Source of the DNA: Mobula hypostoma
Lineage: Eukaryota
DNA length: 64,000 bases
Assembly: GCF_963921235.1 (NCBI RefSeq)
Contig: NC_086107.1
Coordinates: 101,992,001 to 102,056,000, forward strand
Direction of reading: 5' to 3'
The position numbers were made by a program, and so were the translations under genes. This document shows, piece after piece, positions 14,745-27,175 of the stretch; position 1 is the first letter of the stretch; each line of letters begins with the position of its first letter. The notes under the pieces were generated by a model, which saw only the letters and a program-made list of their open reading frames with translations, was not told the DNA's origin and did no database searches.

Positions 14745-14895
14745 GGAGGAATGGGAATGGCTGCAGAAAATCTCCTCTTTAAATGATTCCATAGTCACGG
14801 AAGAGAATACTGGGAGCCCACAGTGCCGTTTCCTGAATGAACTCCGTACAACTGTGAAGAGCCTTCTCACACAAGTGGATGTACCCCTCAGCCAG
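14745..14895 (+). CDS. ANKFN1-like coding exon
   Basis: ttgcAG/GTAGTT; (R)EEWEWLQKISSLNDS...LLTQVDVPLSQ; 151 nt fits phase 2 to 0. Confidence 0.92.
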
Positions 14896-16738
14896 GTAGT
14901 TTCACACCATATTCCTCGAAGTTTCTTGTTGCACAGCAGAAGGCCATTCAGCCCATTAAGTCAATGATACTTATGGGATTAATCCGATTAATCTCAATTA
15001 TTGTTCTATAACCTATTCTCCTACATGGCTATTAACACCCATCCCGCCTCTAATTCCCCCACCACCCACCTACACTGGGATACATTTTTAGTTGGCAGTT
15101 AATGCTCAGTGTGTCTTTGGGTTGAGGGAGGACACCAGAACATTTCGGAGAACTTGCAAACTCCACCTGTGCTCAAAGTTGAATTGGGGTCACTGAAACT
15201 TTGAGATTGCTGCACTGCCTGCAGCAGTAGCGTGCTATGTGGTTGCAATTCATGCCAGAGTAAAACCTTATTTTCTCATCAATAACTGGATAAAATGGCT
15301 GGTTCAAGCAAAGGCCGTTGGAATGCGAAGCAGAAATATACAATGGGTCAGTCAGCATCTGGAAAAGGAAGGTGCAGATAACTTTAACCAGATAAAAATT
15401 CATTTTTTAAGAACTGGCACAAGGTATCCCATTTTAACAAAATGACTCTATCCTCAAGAAGCTTCCTGCCTACAAACCCCACACCCCATCCCACCTGAAA
15501 AAGTTGTTGAGTTTAAGTCTGATTTAAAAATTTAGGAGCTGAGATTGATAGTTTTTGTTGGGCAAAAGCACTAAAGATTAAGCAAAGCAGGTTGATGAAA
15601 TTAAGGTAGATATTAGCCATTTGTTAATTAATATCAAAAGACTCAAGGAATGAGATGGACCATCGACTGTTTCTATATTTGCTAATACTGATAGACCAGC
15701 TCTGAATTCCCAGAGTTCTTGGCCTCAGAATTTTGGCAGCTGTGTTTTTTCATTGTGTCCTTACACTGACTCTGGCCTATCCCAACAGACTGGGACTAAA
15801 TTGTCCATGTGGTTTAGAATAGTTGCTAGGTTAGAAAGATGAAAATAATTCACTGATACAATTGTGAATTACTCATCTGAAGCTAGTAGAATGTTGGATT
15901 GGAGAGAATGTGCCATGTTGGTGTACATGAGGTAGTTCTTGCTGGCAATCCTCTATTCACTTTTCACAAGCTCTAAGCTTTCTTTTGTAACCACGATAGT
16001 CTACAAAGATCCTCTCACAATGCTGTTAGGTAGAAAATTCAAAACCTCGTGCCCAATTGTAATGGATATATCCTTCAACAGCAAGACAATGTTTGGTTTG
16101 GAGATGATATGTGCTCATGCACCTGATACCCTTGCCCTTACATTAATGATCTTGCATTTGGGTTACTAAATAAACCATGGCAAGTTCTTGCAGAACATCC
16201 TGTAGGTGATACTGTAGCTATGGTAGTGGAGGGAGTGATTGTTTATAATGTTGGATGAGGTACTGAGCAAACAGATGGCCTTTTACTGATGGTGAGGACC
16301 TTGCATGTTGCTGGAACTGCATTCATCCAGGCGAAGGAAAAGCATTCCATCACCCTGTGTGAGTTGTGCCTTGTAGATGAAAGAGAAGCTTTGCAGAGTC
16401 AGGAGGAGAGTCACTTGCTGCAGGCTATCAGCATCAATCTACTTCCAAAGATGAGACATCTACTGAGATGAGTTTCTGAATAATTGTGCTACCTCGTGTG
16501 ACAACTATGTCATATTCAACTCCTGAAGCTGGGTCTCCTGTGACATTGCACAGGCCGCAGAGAATTCCAGCATGAATTTTTGCAGGAAGAATGACACATG
16601 CATGGGGAACTTGACTCAAACTATTTAAGGAGAGCGAAAAACAGGAACATCAACAGTTTGTTCACTTCCATAGATTCTACCTGACCTGCTGAGTTCCTCC
16701 AGCATTTAGCATGTGTTGCATTCTTTTACTTTTTCCAG

Positions 16739-16898
16739 GCTGTAGATTTCCGCCTGTACACACAGGAAGTGCTGGAGTTTGGAGACAAAGTCTCCTTCCT
16801 CTTGTTGCTTCCTCCCATAGATGATGTCTGCTCAGCCCCAGGACAAGATGGACATCCCTCAGGGTTTCTGACCCTACCTCTTCAGATCTTCGAGCTTG
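16739..16898 (+). CDS. ANKFN1-like coding exon
   Basis: ttttccAG/GTGAGT; AVDFRLYTQEVLEFGDKVSFLLLLPPIDDVCSAPGQ...GFLTLPLQIFEL; 160 nt. Confidence 0.94.
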
Positions 16899-17606
16899 GT
16901 GAGTTTGACTGTTAAGAACTTATCCACATCACATATGAACAGGGAAAGGTTGGTGAAGTTGTCATGTTGTCCATCTCAACTAGCCTACATCTGATGTGAA
17001 ATTAATGGCTCAGCCAGTGCATGAAATACAAGCTCTCATCAACTAGCCTATACTTTTCACCCTGCCTTCTACCTAGGGTCATGCATACTCAGGCTGAGTT
17101 TATTTTACCACAGGTAGGTCATCTTGGATTGGGTTTCAATTTTATATCCAAGTACACTCCTCCCTCCCTGCCATTGGAATGCCACCTGGCCAGTCCTGGC
17201 TCCTAAATTGGACACTCGCTTCACCTTTCCCACCCCTCATTACCTCCCCACTGGAATCAAACCATCTCAGAAATGGTATTTGTCTCGTTCTTGGAACCAA
17301 ATTCCCATCCAGACGTGGTTCTGCAGTTTGCTCCTGACAGGAACTACCTGCCAGTCAGTCAGGTCGGTAAATACCAGTGCCAATAAACTATAAGCAAGAA
17401 GCTCCATACATCCAGAATCTTCCCTGTTCCCCAATCTCCATCACATAATCTGACCCAGTAACTGTCCAGGCCAATGTGTTACCTTATATTGACTATGCCC
17501 ATTGTAAGAATTTTGACACCACCAAATAGAATAAAGATTATTTATTTGTTTATACCTATTTATGAAATATATGTTTTTACTAAGTATTAACAATTTGTCA
17601 TTGCAG

Positions 17607-17773
17607 TGCATTTCTGCACCTATGAACAAGAGCTGTTTGCACAGTACTGTCAGACCTCAATTTTACTGGAACTTGATTCTTTGCTGTCCCAGCAAGCTTT
17701 GAGGGAAGCCATTGATAATACAGAACTGATTGAAGCAAAGGAGAAACATGGCCAGGTGACAGATCTCATTCAG
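17607..17773 (+). CDS. ANKFN1-like coding exon
   Basis: ttgcAG/GTAAAA; VHFCTYEQELFAQYCQTSILLELDSLLSQQALREAI...QVTDLIQ; 167 nt. Confidence 0.93.
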
Positions 17774-18956
17774 GTAAAAATGCATCCAATATCCTGACCC
17801 ATCCCTAGAGTAAATTGTGGAGAGTAAAGTGAGAAACTGACTTCTTAAAAGTTACGGCACTCATCTGCACCCTGTCTACTTACCCTCTCTTGTTTCTCCC
17901 TCTCACTCCATCTTGTTTCCTTGCACACTCTGAGTCATTTAATATCTGGAACATGCATCCTGCAGAGGTGATGAAATCTGATACAATCACTATGTCTAAG
18001 AAACGTTTCAAAAGATGCTTAAGTAGGCAAGGCATAGAAGAGTATGGTCCTAATATAGGCAAATGGGATTAGTGTAGATGGGCACAATGGTCAGCATAGA
18101 CGTTGTGGGCCGAAGAACCTGTTTTTGTGCTGTATGACTATCTTTCTTTCATTCTTTCAACCTCCATCCCTTCTGCCACTCTCCATTTCCTTCAATTTTT
18201 TATGGTTTTTATCCTTATCCTTCCATCCTCCTACTCTTCCCCTCCTTCCCCATGAGAAATAGAAGCACAAATAGGCCGTTTGGTCCCTTGAGCCAGGCTG
18301 CCATTAAGAAAGCTGAAAGTTAATCTTTTACCTCAATGCTACTTTCTGCACTAATCCCATATCCTTTGATTTCCATACTATCTAAAAATCTATTAATCTC
18401 TCTTTTAGATATGTACAACATCTGAGCTGACACAGCTCTCTTAGATGGAGTATTTTAAAGAGTCACTACCCTTTGGGTGAAAAACTTTCAACCCCTTCCT
18501 TTAAGACCGTGGTTCTAGATCCATTCTGCCCACAGGTCCCTGCATCTACCATGTCAGGACCCACAAGAGTTCTGAATATTTCAATTTCAGTACAGGTGCA
18601 GTTTCCTTAATTTATCCTTGTAGGACAAGCCCCATCCATCCTAGATATCTGCTAACCTCATATCAACCTCATATCACAAGTATATCCTTCTTTAGATAGG
18701 AAGACCAGACAAGTGCAAATATTCCTGCTGTGATCTCACAAGGTTCTAGAGCAAGATGTCTCCATTCTTTTATTTCAAGTCCTCTTGCAACAAAGACCAA
18801 CATACCACTCAGTTTATAATTGCTGCCTCCTATCATTTTCCTCATTCCCTCTGTCTCTCACTCCTCCCATGTTCTTCTCTCCTGATCCGCCCCCCCCCCA
18901 CCTTACCCCTATCCCTATTTCACATACTATAACAAGCTGAATTGTTTCAACTTTAG

Positions 18957-19161
18957 CAACTGGATGATATTTGGAAGGAAGTCCGCTGGATCACAGATGT
19001 GCTGCAGTATGCCCGATATCGTCAACCTCCCACTGGAACTCCTCTGTCCTGGATCCTGGAGATCCCAAGCACAGTGAACAGTCGGAAAGCAGATCCAGTC
19101 ACAAAACCCCAGAATAGTACTGATTTCTCTCTGGATTATAATGACATAAAGAAATCTTCAG
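18957..19161 (+). CDS. ANKFN1-like coding exon
   Basis: ctttAG/GTATGC; QLDDIWKEVRWITDVLQYARYRQP...; 205 nt, phase 1 out. Confidence 0.92.
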
Positions 19162-19939
19162 GTATGCATTTTATGAAAAGTATTTGATAATTTGCAAATT
19201 CAATGAGTTCTTCTGTACATGCACTTAACTAGTTCACATAAGCTTGTGCTGCATCTTTCCCTTAGTTTTGGTCAAACTTTTCCCAAACTGTTTACAAATA
19301 ATGCCAGTGCTCTGACTGACCATTCAGTGCAGAACTTGTCCCATTTTCATCACAATGGGAATCAGATTCATTATCACTGACATACAGTAGTTGTGAAATC
19401 TGTTGTTTTGTGACAGCAGTACACTGACGGTATAATAATTTACTATAAGTTTCAATGAAAATAAAAATAAATAGTGTAAAAGAGGAATAGCAAGATAGCG
19501 TTTGCGGGTTCATGGACCATTCAGAAATCTGATGGCAGAGGGGAAGAAACTATCATAAAACATTGAGCATGGGTCTTTAGGCTCCTGTACCTCCCTCTGA
19601 TAGCAGTAGTTAGAAAAGACCATATTCTAGATAGTGATGGTCCTGGATGCTGTATTTTAGAGGTACTGCTGTTTTGAAGAATTTCTTGATGGTGGAGAGG
19701 CTTATGCCCATGATGGAGTTGACTAGGTCCTCAACCCTCTGAAGCCTTTTACAATCAATGGTGAACAATGAGGGAAAATTTCCCCATTATTTCTGACCTA
19801 TTAATTTTTATTACATGATTTTCAACCACCTTCCTCACTACCCCCAACCTCAGCAGAAGCTTCTGTTTCCTAAAGGGATCCATATTACAGTTGGAACCTC
19901 ACCCAAGCCTGTCTGGGCCTAATGAGATTTGTACATTTT

Positions 19940-20670
19940 CAAGACTCGAGTCAAGTTTATTGTCATTTAACTATATACATGTATACCATCAAACGAGACA
20001 ACGTTTCTCCAGACCAGGGAGTAAAGCAAAAAAATACACATACCAAACATATAACTTAGGAAAATAAGAATAAAATCTACAAATTAATTATAGTAAATAA
20101 ACAAAATTAAGTGCATAAATTAAATATTGTAGGGTACAGAACAAAGTAACTGGTGACACTTCGAATGTGATGCGGCAGGGAGGTCAGAAGCCTAATGGCC
20201 TGAGGGGAAAAAACTGTTTCCCATCCTGACCATTCTTATCTTTATACATCGGAGTCTCCTGCCTGATGGTAGAAAATCAAAGAGGATGCTGGATGGATGG
20301 GATGGGTGGGATCCTTGATAATACCAAGGGCCCTGTGTACACAGCACTCCTGATAAATGTCCACGATGGATGGTAGGGAGACCCCTCTGATCCTCTTGGC
20401 CGTTCTCACAATCCTTTGTAGGGACTTCCGGGCTGATGCTCGTCTGTTCCCACACCAGATGGAGATGCAGCTTGTCAGGGCGCTCTCAAGAGTGCTCCTA
20501 TAAAATTTAGTTAAGTTGGTTGGTGGGGGGGCTTGCTTTCCTCAATCGCCTTAGGAAGTGGAGTTGCAGCTATTCCTTCTTATCCAGGGTAGTGATATTG
20601 AGGGACCAGGTGATGTCATCTGTGAGGTGAATTCCCAGAAATTTGGTGCACTTAACTCTCTCTACAGAAG
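19940..20670 (-). mobile_element. Rex1/Babar LINE 3' fragment
   Basis: VERVKCTKFLGIHLTDDITWSLN; FDFLPSGRRLRCI...NSFFP. Confidence 0.8.
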
Positions 20671-21485
20671 AAATTAAATGTACCTTTGGAAAAAAGTATT
20701 TGTTGACATGTTGGAATGGATGGGACCCAGAAAAGTACTTCAAGCAGTTCAGTTTGGCTTCCTTAATATTGCTGCACGTGAATAACATGTTTGAAATTCT
20801 TATATTTACAGCACTAATCAGGTCTGATCAGGTCAGGTTTGAATTACAAGTACTGAGAAGGGAGTCTTGTTCAGGTTGGATGTTGTCAGTTGTTTTGGTA
20901 ATTGGTTTATTATTGTCACATGTAGTAAGATAGGGAAAAGCTTTTGTTTGCATGCTATCCTGATAGATAATTCTATACAAAGGTACACTAAAGGAAAACA
21001 ATAACAGATTGCAATATATTGTGTAACAGAGAAAGTGCAGTGCAGGTTGACACAAAGTGCAATGGCCATGGCAAGGGATATTGTGACATATCTTTATTGT
21101 ATGGTAGTTCCATTCAAGAATCTTATAACAGTAGCGTAGAAGCTGTCCTTGCTTTTAGGGTAGTTTTTAATTTTACACTTGAGCAGACTGATACTGAGGA
21201 TTACAAATACCAGGTAACCACAAATTTATGGAGAAAGAACCTCAGGAGAAATGTGTTCACTCAGACTGTCAGTAGAATATAAAATTCAATACCACTGGGG
21301 GACCTTGAGTTAAACTTCACGGACGCAAACTGGATCAGCAAGTAAGGGGTGAAGGGAATGGGTGGGTAGGGAAAGAGGAGAGGAGGAAGCACGGTTAGAG
21401 CCTCAAGCAGTTCAATCTGTTTCAGCTCTGTGAATTTTGTGAAATTCTACAAAAGTATCAATGATTTTCTTTCACTTTCTCATAG

Positions 21486-21919
21486 ACTGTAAACAAATCC
21501 TGGATGAAGATGATGTTTTCTGGCCAGTGGAAAAAGACTACGATTCTAAGCCAGTTCTCACACCCAAGCAAATAGATCCAGTGTGGTCCTTTACTAGGGA
21601 GCACCATCACTGGAGCAGTGATGCTACCATAGACACAGACTGTACAAATCCTCAGCGGCACTTTGCTCTCCATAGTGAGCCACAGAGACACAGGAAAGCT
21701 GACAAAGAGTACTATCGGACAGGGAGTCTGGAACTTAAAGGCCAGGCAGTCAAGGAAGGCACCTCTTTCAAGTTCTGGTCGCAGCCAACATCAGTGGATG
21801 ACAGCACAGAGCAGTCTGATCATGAAGAGCACTACTCTTTCACTACTGAGGCTGTGCAACACATCCATCTACCTGAATGTAGTTTAGTGGAGTGGATCAA
21901 AGAGTCCCAGGATACCTAA
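21486..21919 (+). CDS. ANKFN1-like probable terminal coding exon (ends TAA)
   Basis: Long pyrimidine tract then catAG; phase 1 joins in frame to ORF 21461-21919 (DCKQILDEDDVFW...KESQDT*); tail is poorly conserved. Confidence 0.78.
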
Positions 21920-22114
21920 GCATTCTGTTACCTTAAAACTGGATTGACTGCTCAGATGTAAAAATCCCACCTCAGATTGGAATTACACAGCATCTCTGAG
22001 ACATTTTCAAATGGATTCAGGTGGTCAAGATGTTCAGAATTTGCTTTGTTTCATGAGGAAGGATTTGTAAATCTATAAGATGTTCAGAACTCACTTTGTT
22101 CCATGAGGAAGGAT

Positions 22115-22410
22115 TTGTATTTCTATAGCACCTTTCAAGGCCACCAGACATCTGAAAGTGGTTTACAACTAATGGATTTCGTTTTTGCTAAAGTCACTCC
22201 TGGATGGAAGAAACGCCCTGACAGTTCGTGCAGAGCAAGATCACACAGGATAATAACTGTGCTGATTGTTGTTTAAATGATAAAGGGAAAACTCCCCTGA
22301 TCTTCTTCAAAAGTAATGCCTGCCATCTTTTATGTCTCCTCTTGTGAGCAATTAACACTACATCTCAAAGGCAGTACCTGAAACTGCAGCATTCCCCCAA
22401 TGCTGCACCT
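22115..22410 (-). mobile_element. Ancient Deu-domain SINE-like remnant
   Basis: Resembles recalled AmnSINE/SacSINE motifs (TTGTATTTCTATAGCACCTTT tail, AACTCCCCTGxTCTTCTTCAAA). Confidence 0.45.
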
Positions 22411-24657
22411 ATATAACAACAAAGAATGAGGCCATTCAGCCCAGCATTAACATGTTGACTGAAGAATAATTCACCCAGATTAATCTCGCTCTGGCTCTTC
22501 TACCATACCCTTCTAGGTCACTATAGTATCCAGGTACATCTGCAGTGTGATGCAGGTTTCTGAATTTCTTCCCATTCTGGTGGGGAGTACAAGGTTTTCA
22601 CATTGTGCTGTCCTGAAGAAGGATCTTGGCCTGAAACGTCAACAATTCCTTCCTTGCACAGAAACTGCTTGACTTGCTGAGTTCTTCCTGCAGGTTCTTT
22701 GTTGCTCCAGATTTTCATCACATGCTGAATGAAAAGAATAATATCAACTGCTAATTCTTTAAAATTTATGCCCCTGGCTACTTAAAATCTCTCTCAGAAT
22801 CGTAGTCTTAGAAAATCATGGAACTGAAGAGCACTTAATCCATATGTTCAAATTATTCCCAACAGCACGGTCCTGAGCCCATAACATTGTAGGTTATCGT
22901 GCTTCAAATGTTCATCCAAAGAATTTTATAAATGTTCTGAAGGTTTTGTTGTTGCAAAAGACAGTGATCCTGTCACACTTGAGGTTAAAGAGAATTCTCA
23001 ATTCTCAATTCTCACTTTTAATTTTCTTAAATTTATATTCGTCTTAAAAAAATGTTGTAAACACTCAGCAGGTCAGACAGAGTCTGTGGAAAGAAAAACA
23101 GAATCAACCTTCCAGATCAGAAATTCTTCATCAAACTGAAAAAAAGTAAGAGAAGTTCTTGACTTCTGTGCTCAAGGAAATAGGTTCTTCCTGTCTAAAC
23201 TTCCATTTTAAACCCCTCAATTAAATTTCTTCCCATTCTGTGGGGGGGAAAAACTCAGCCTAGCCAGTTTCTCCTCGTAACTGGCTAGTTTCTCCTCATG
23301 TAACACCTCTGTACCCTCTCTAATGCAAGTGCATTTACAGTGTGGTGATCAGACCTGTGCCTGCACTAGCTGTGTTTAGTGAGTGTTTGATACAGTTCTA
23401 GCTCTAATATTCTTGGCTGTCATTAATAAAGACAAGTATCCTGTGTACTGCTACCTCTGTAATCTGCCGTTCTGCACTCCACAATCTCTCTGTTTTCATG
23501 TTTACTAACAACATAAGGTTATTTGGCCCTGAAGTCTCTGCAGTTCTCAGAACAGTCCCATCAATCCCATTCACACATTTATTTTTCCTGCAATCTATTT
23601 TCTCTCACAAGCCCAGCAACTCCACTCTGAGTCTCCCAACCCCCACTTACTCTTGGGGTAATTTGCAGAAGCCAAGTACAGTGGATTCTGGTTAATTGGA
23701 ACACATCAGGACCAGTATATTTTGGCCCAAATAAGCATGTACCTATTTAACTAAAGTTTCATGAAAATTGTTAAAAAGATATTTAAAAGACTAACTGCCA
23801 TTTAACTGACTAACAAATTGTGTATTTAAATAAAATGTACAACAAATTAGAACAGTACCAATACTACAACAGTATTATAAAACTGTATTGGCTCCTAATA
23901 GTCATTAATAGAGGAATTCATCCAATGTATGAACAAAGAATAGTACAGCACAGTACAGGCCCTTCAGCCCACAATGTTGTGCCGACCCTTAAAACCTGCC
24001 TCCCATATACCCCCCCCACTTTAAATTCCTCCATATACCTGTCTAGTAGTCTCTTAAATTTCACTAGTGTATCTGCCTCCACCACTGACTCAGGCAGTGT
24101 ATTCCATACACCAACCACTCTCTGAGTAAAAAACCTTCCTCTAATATCCCCCTTGAACTTTCCACCCCTTACCTTAAAGCCATGTCCTCCTTTATTGAGC
24201 AGTGGTGCCCTGGGGAAGAGGTGCTGGCTATCCACTCTATCTATTCCTCTTAATATCTTGTATACCTCTATCATGTCTCCTCTCATCCTCCTTCTCTCCA
24301 AAGAGTAAAGCCCTAGCTCCCTTAATCTCTGATCATAATGCATACTCTCTAAACCAGACAGCATCCTGGTAAATCTCATCTGTACCCTTTCCAATGCTTC
24401 TACATCCTTCCTGTAGTGAGGTGACCAGAACTGGACACAGTACTCCAAGTGTGGCCTAACCAGAGTTTTATAGAGCTGCATCAGTACCTCGTGACTCTTA
24501 AACTCTATCCCTCAACTTATGAAAGCTAACACCTCATAAGCTTTCTTAACTACCCTATCCACCTGTGAGGTAACTTTCAGGGATCTGTGGACATGTACCC
24601 CCAGATCCCTCTGCTCCTCCACACTACCAAGTATCCTGCCATTTACTTTGTACTCTG

Positions 24658-25758
24658 TAAACACAAAATAATCTGCAGATGCTGTTGTCAAAGGAACACT
24701 CACAATGTGCTGGAGGAACTCAGCAGGTCAGTCAGCATCAGTTGAAAAGAGTAGTCAACGTTTCGGGCCGAAACCCTTCGTGAGGACTGAAGGAAGAACT
24801 TTGGGGAGGGTTTGAAGAATGCTGGTAGTTGAAAAAAACAGTAATTTGAAAGACAAAGGGGTGGGGGAGAGGAAGCAGGGAGGTGATTGGCAGGAGAACA
24901 ATGCGCAGTAGTAGTAGTAGCACCTCACCAGCCTCCAGATCCAGCACATTATCCTCTGCAACTTCCGCCACCTTCAACAGGACCCCACCACTAAGCACAT
25001 CTTTCCCTCTCCACCCCTCTCCGCTTTCCTCAGGGATCGATCCCTCCACGATTCACTTATCCGCACGTCCATCCCCACGGATCTCCCACCCGGCACTTAT
25101 CCCTGTGAGCGTAAGTGCTACACCTTCCCTACACCTCCTCTCTTGCCACCATTCAGGGCCCCAAACAGTCCTTCCAGGTGAGGCAACAGTTCACTTGCGA
25201 ATCTGTTGGGGTCATCTATTGCCTCCGGTGCTCTCGGTGCGGCCTCCTCTACATCGGTGAAACCCGACGCAGATTGGGGGACCGCTTCGTCGAGCACCTC
25301 CACTCTGTCCGCCACAACAGATAGGATCTCCCGGTAGCCACCCACTTCAACTCTGCTTCCCATTCCCATTCAGATATGTCCATACATGGCCTCCTCTACT
25401 GCCATGATGCTAAACTCAGGTTGGAGGAGGAGCAACACCTCATATAGCATCTAGGTATTCTCCAGCCCCTTGGTATGAACATAGAATTCTCCAACTTCCG
25501 GTAGTTCCCTCCCCTTCCCTTCCTCTATCCCTATTTCACATCGCCTCCCTCATAGTTCCGCCTCCTTCTACTACTGCGCATTGTTCTCCCCCACCCCTTT
25601 GTCTTTCAAATTACTGTTTTTTTCAACTACCAGCATTCTTCAAACCCTCCCCAAAGTTCTTCCTTCAGTCCTGACGAAGGGTTTCGGCCCGAAACGTCGA
25701 CTAATCTTTTCAACTGATGCTGACTGACCTGCTGAGTTCCTCCAGCGCATTGTGAGTG
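24658..25758 (+). mobile_element. Penelope-like element, 5'-truncated, with GIY-YIG endonuclease remnant and inverted terminal repeats
   Basis: ORF remnant FTCESVGVIYCLRCSRCGLLYIGETRRRLGDRFVEH (GIY-YIG); ~220-bp inverted arms; 15-bp duplication TTACTTTGTACTCTG at 24643-24657 and 25759-25773. Confidence 0.9.
25667..25702 (+). ncRNA. Minimal type-I hammerhead ribozyme in a Penelope-like terminal repeat
   Basis: AGTC-CTGACGA-A-GGGT(TTCG)GCCC-GAAA-CGTC-GACT: intact core, stems I and II, GTC cleavage triplet, palindromic loopless stem III (ACGT). Confidence 0.8.
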
Positions 25759-26951
25759 TTACTTTGTACTCTGCCTTGGAGTTTGTCCTTCCAAAGTGTA
25801 CCACCTCACACTTCTCCGGGTTGAACTCCATCTGCCACTTCTCAGCCCACTTCTGCATCCTATCAATGTCTCTCTGCAATCTTCGACAATCCTCTACACT
25901 ATCCACAACACCACCAACCTTTGCGTCGTCTGCAAACTTGCCAACCCACCCTTCTACCCCCACATCCAGGTCACTAATAAAAATCACGAAAAGTAGAGGT
26001 CCCAGAACTGATCCTTGTGAGACACCACTAGTCACAACCCTCCAATCCGAATGTACTCCCTCCACCACGACCCTCTGCTTTCTGCAGGCAAGTCAATTCT
26101 GAATCCACCTGGCCAAACTTCCCTGGATCCCATGCTGTTTGACTTTCTGAATAAGCTCACCGTATGCTGTCGTGTTGTTTTTGATTGACTGTAAATGAAC
26201 AAAATCAGCACAGACACCTAGTGCAGATAATGGTTTGCCTTCATACGATACTTTCAATAATATTCATTTTCATTGTAACATTCAAGAGAGGGGGGTCTTT
26301 GGATCCAACCTTTCACTTTCCCATGGATTCAGTAATCTTTTACTGAAATGGTTAACCTTTTCTTTGTTATCCTTAAGCTTAATATGAAAGAAATGCCTGC
26401 ATTGTGCTCCAAAGCCACTGAATTTAAAGTCCAGCACATCCCCTTGGTCCCACCTTTTTGACCTGTGGGAAGATAAATGATCTGAACTCTCCAACCCAAA
26501 TGTTTCCCACTACTCCAACATCAACTCACCTTTAAGTAGCAATTTATAGTCCACCTTTGCTGAGGTGCATTTCACCTGGTAGAGGACCTTGGTTCCAGTT
26601 CTTAACTTTGCCTTTTACTAATACTATGCTGGCCTTATGAATTATGGTCACTATCAACAACATTACTTCACACTGATATCCTCCTGCCTAGTATGACTCC
26701 CAAAAATTATGCATCCAAACTACCCTCTCTACCATTGACCATTTCTAAACTGCTGAATCTACACTCACATTTCCATGATTTGCCAAACTAGATTAAAGCC
26801 TTCAGTAGCTTTAGTAAATGCTCATATTCATAATGATGTGTAATGTAACCGGCTTAGAAAAGTCCCTCCCAGAAAAGAATGGCCTCAGTGTCCCAGACAT
26901 GTGAACCCCTTTCTACTGCGCTCTCTCTCAGCAATGAATTCAGCTACACTA

Positions 26952-27175
26952 CAGGTCATCCCCAGGTTATGAAAGGGTTCCATTCCTGTGAACTGTCCAT
27001 AATTCGAATAGTTTGCAAGTCAGAAATGCAGCCGTGAACCGAGTCTCCACCCAGCTGAAGCTGCCTACAGCTCCACATCAGTCTGCGAATCTATCACTCC
27101 CGCCCCAGTCTCCTCAACATTCATTGGCATGTACAGGACAGGCTGAACAAAAGTCAGTAAGCCGGTGAGGACCTG
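26952..27175. mobile_element. Short Tc1/mariner-superfamily MITE
   Basis: TA-CAGGTCATCCCC ... GGTGAGGACCTG-TA. Confidence 0.55.

Larger units (their letters stand above)
23930..26160 (-). mobile_element. CR1 LINE, 5'-truncated, interrupted by the Penelope-like element
   Basis: RT fragments VTSGVSQGSVLGPLLFVIFISDLD...KFADD and LYKTLVRPHLEYCVQFWSPHY...RRRMRGDMIEVYKI; CR1 3' end near 23930. Confidence 0.93.
23679..26290 (-). mobile_element. Tigger/pogo-like non-autonomous DNA element split by the CR1 (pieces ~23679-23929 and ~26162-26290)
   Basis: TA-CAGTGGATTCTGGTTAATTGG terminus; both pieces match the 12621-13260 element in reverse. Confidence 0.7.
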
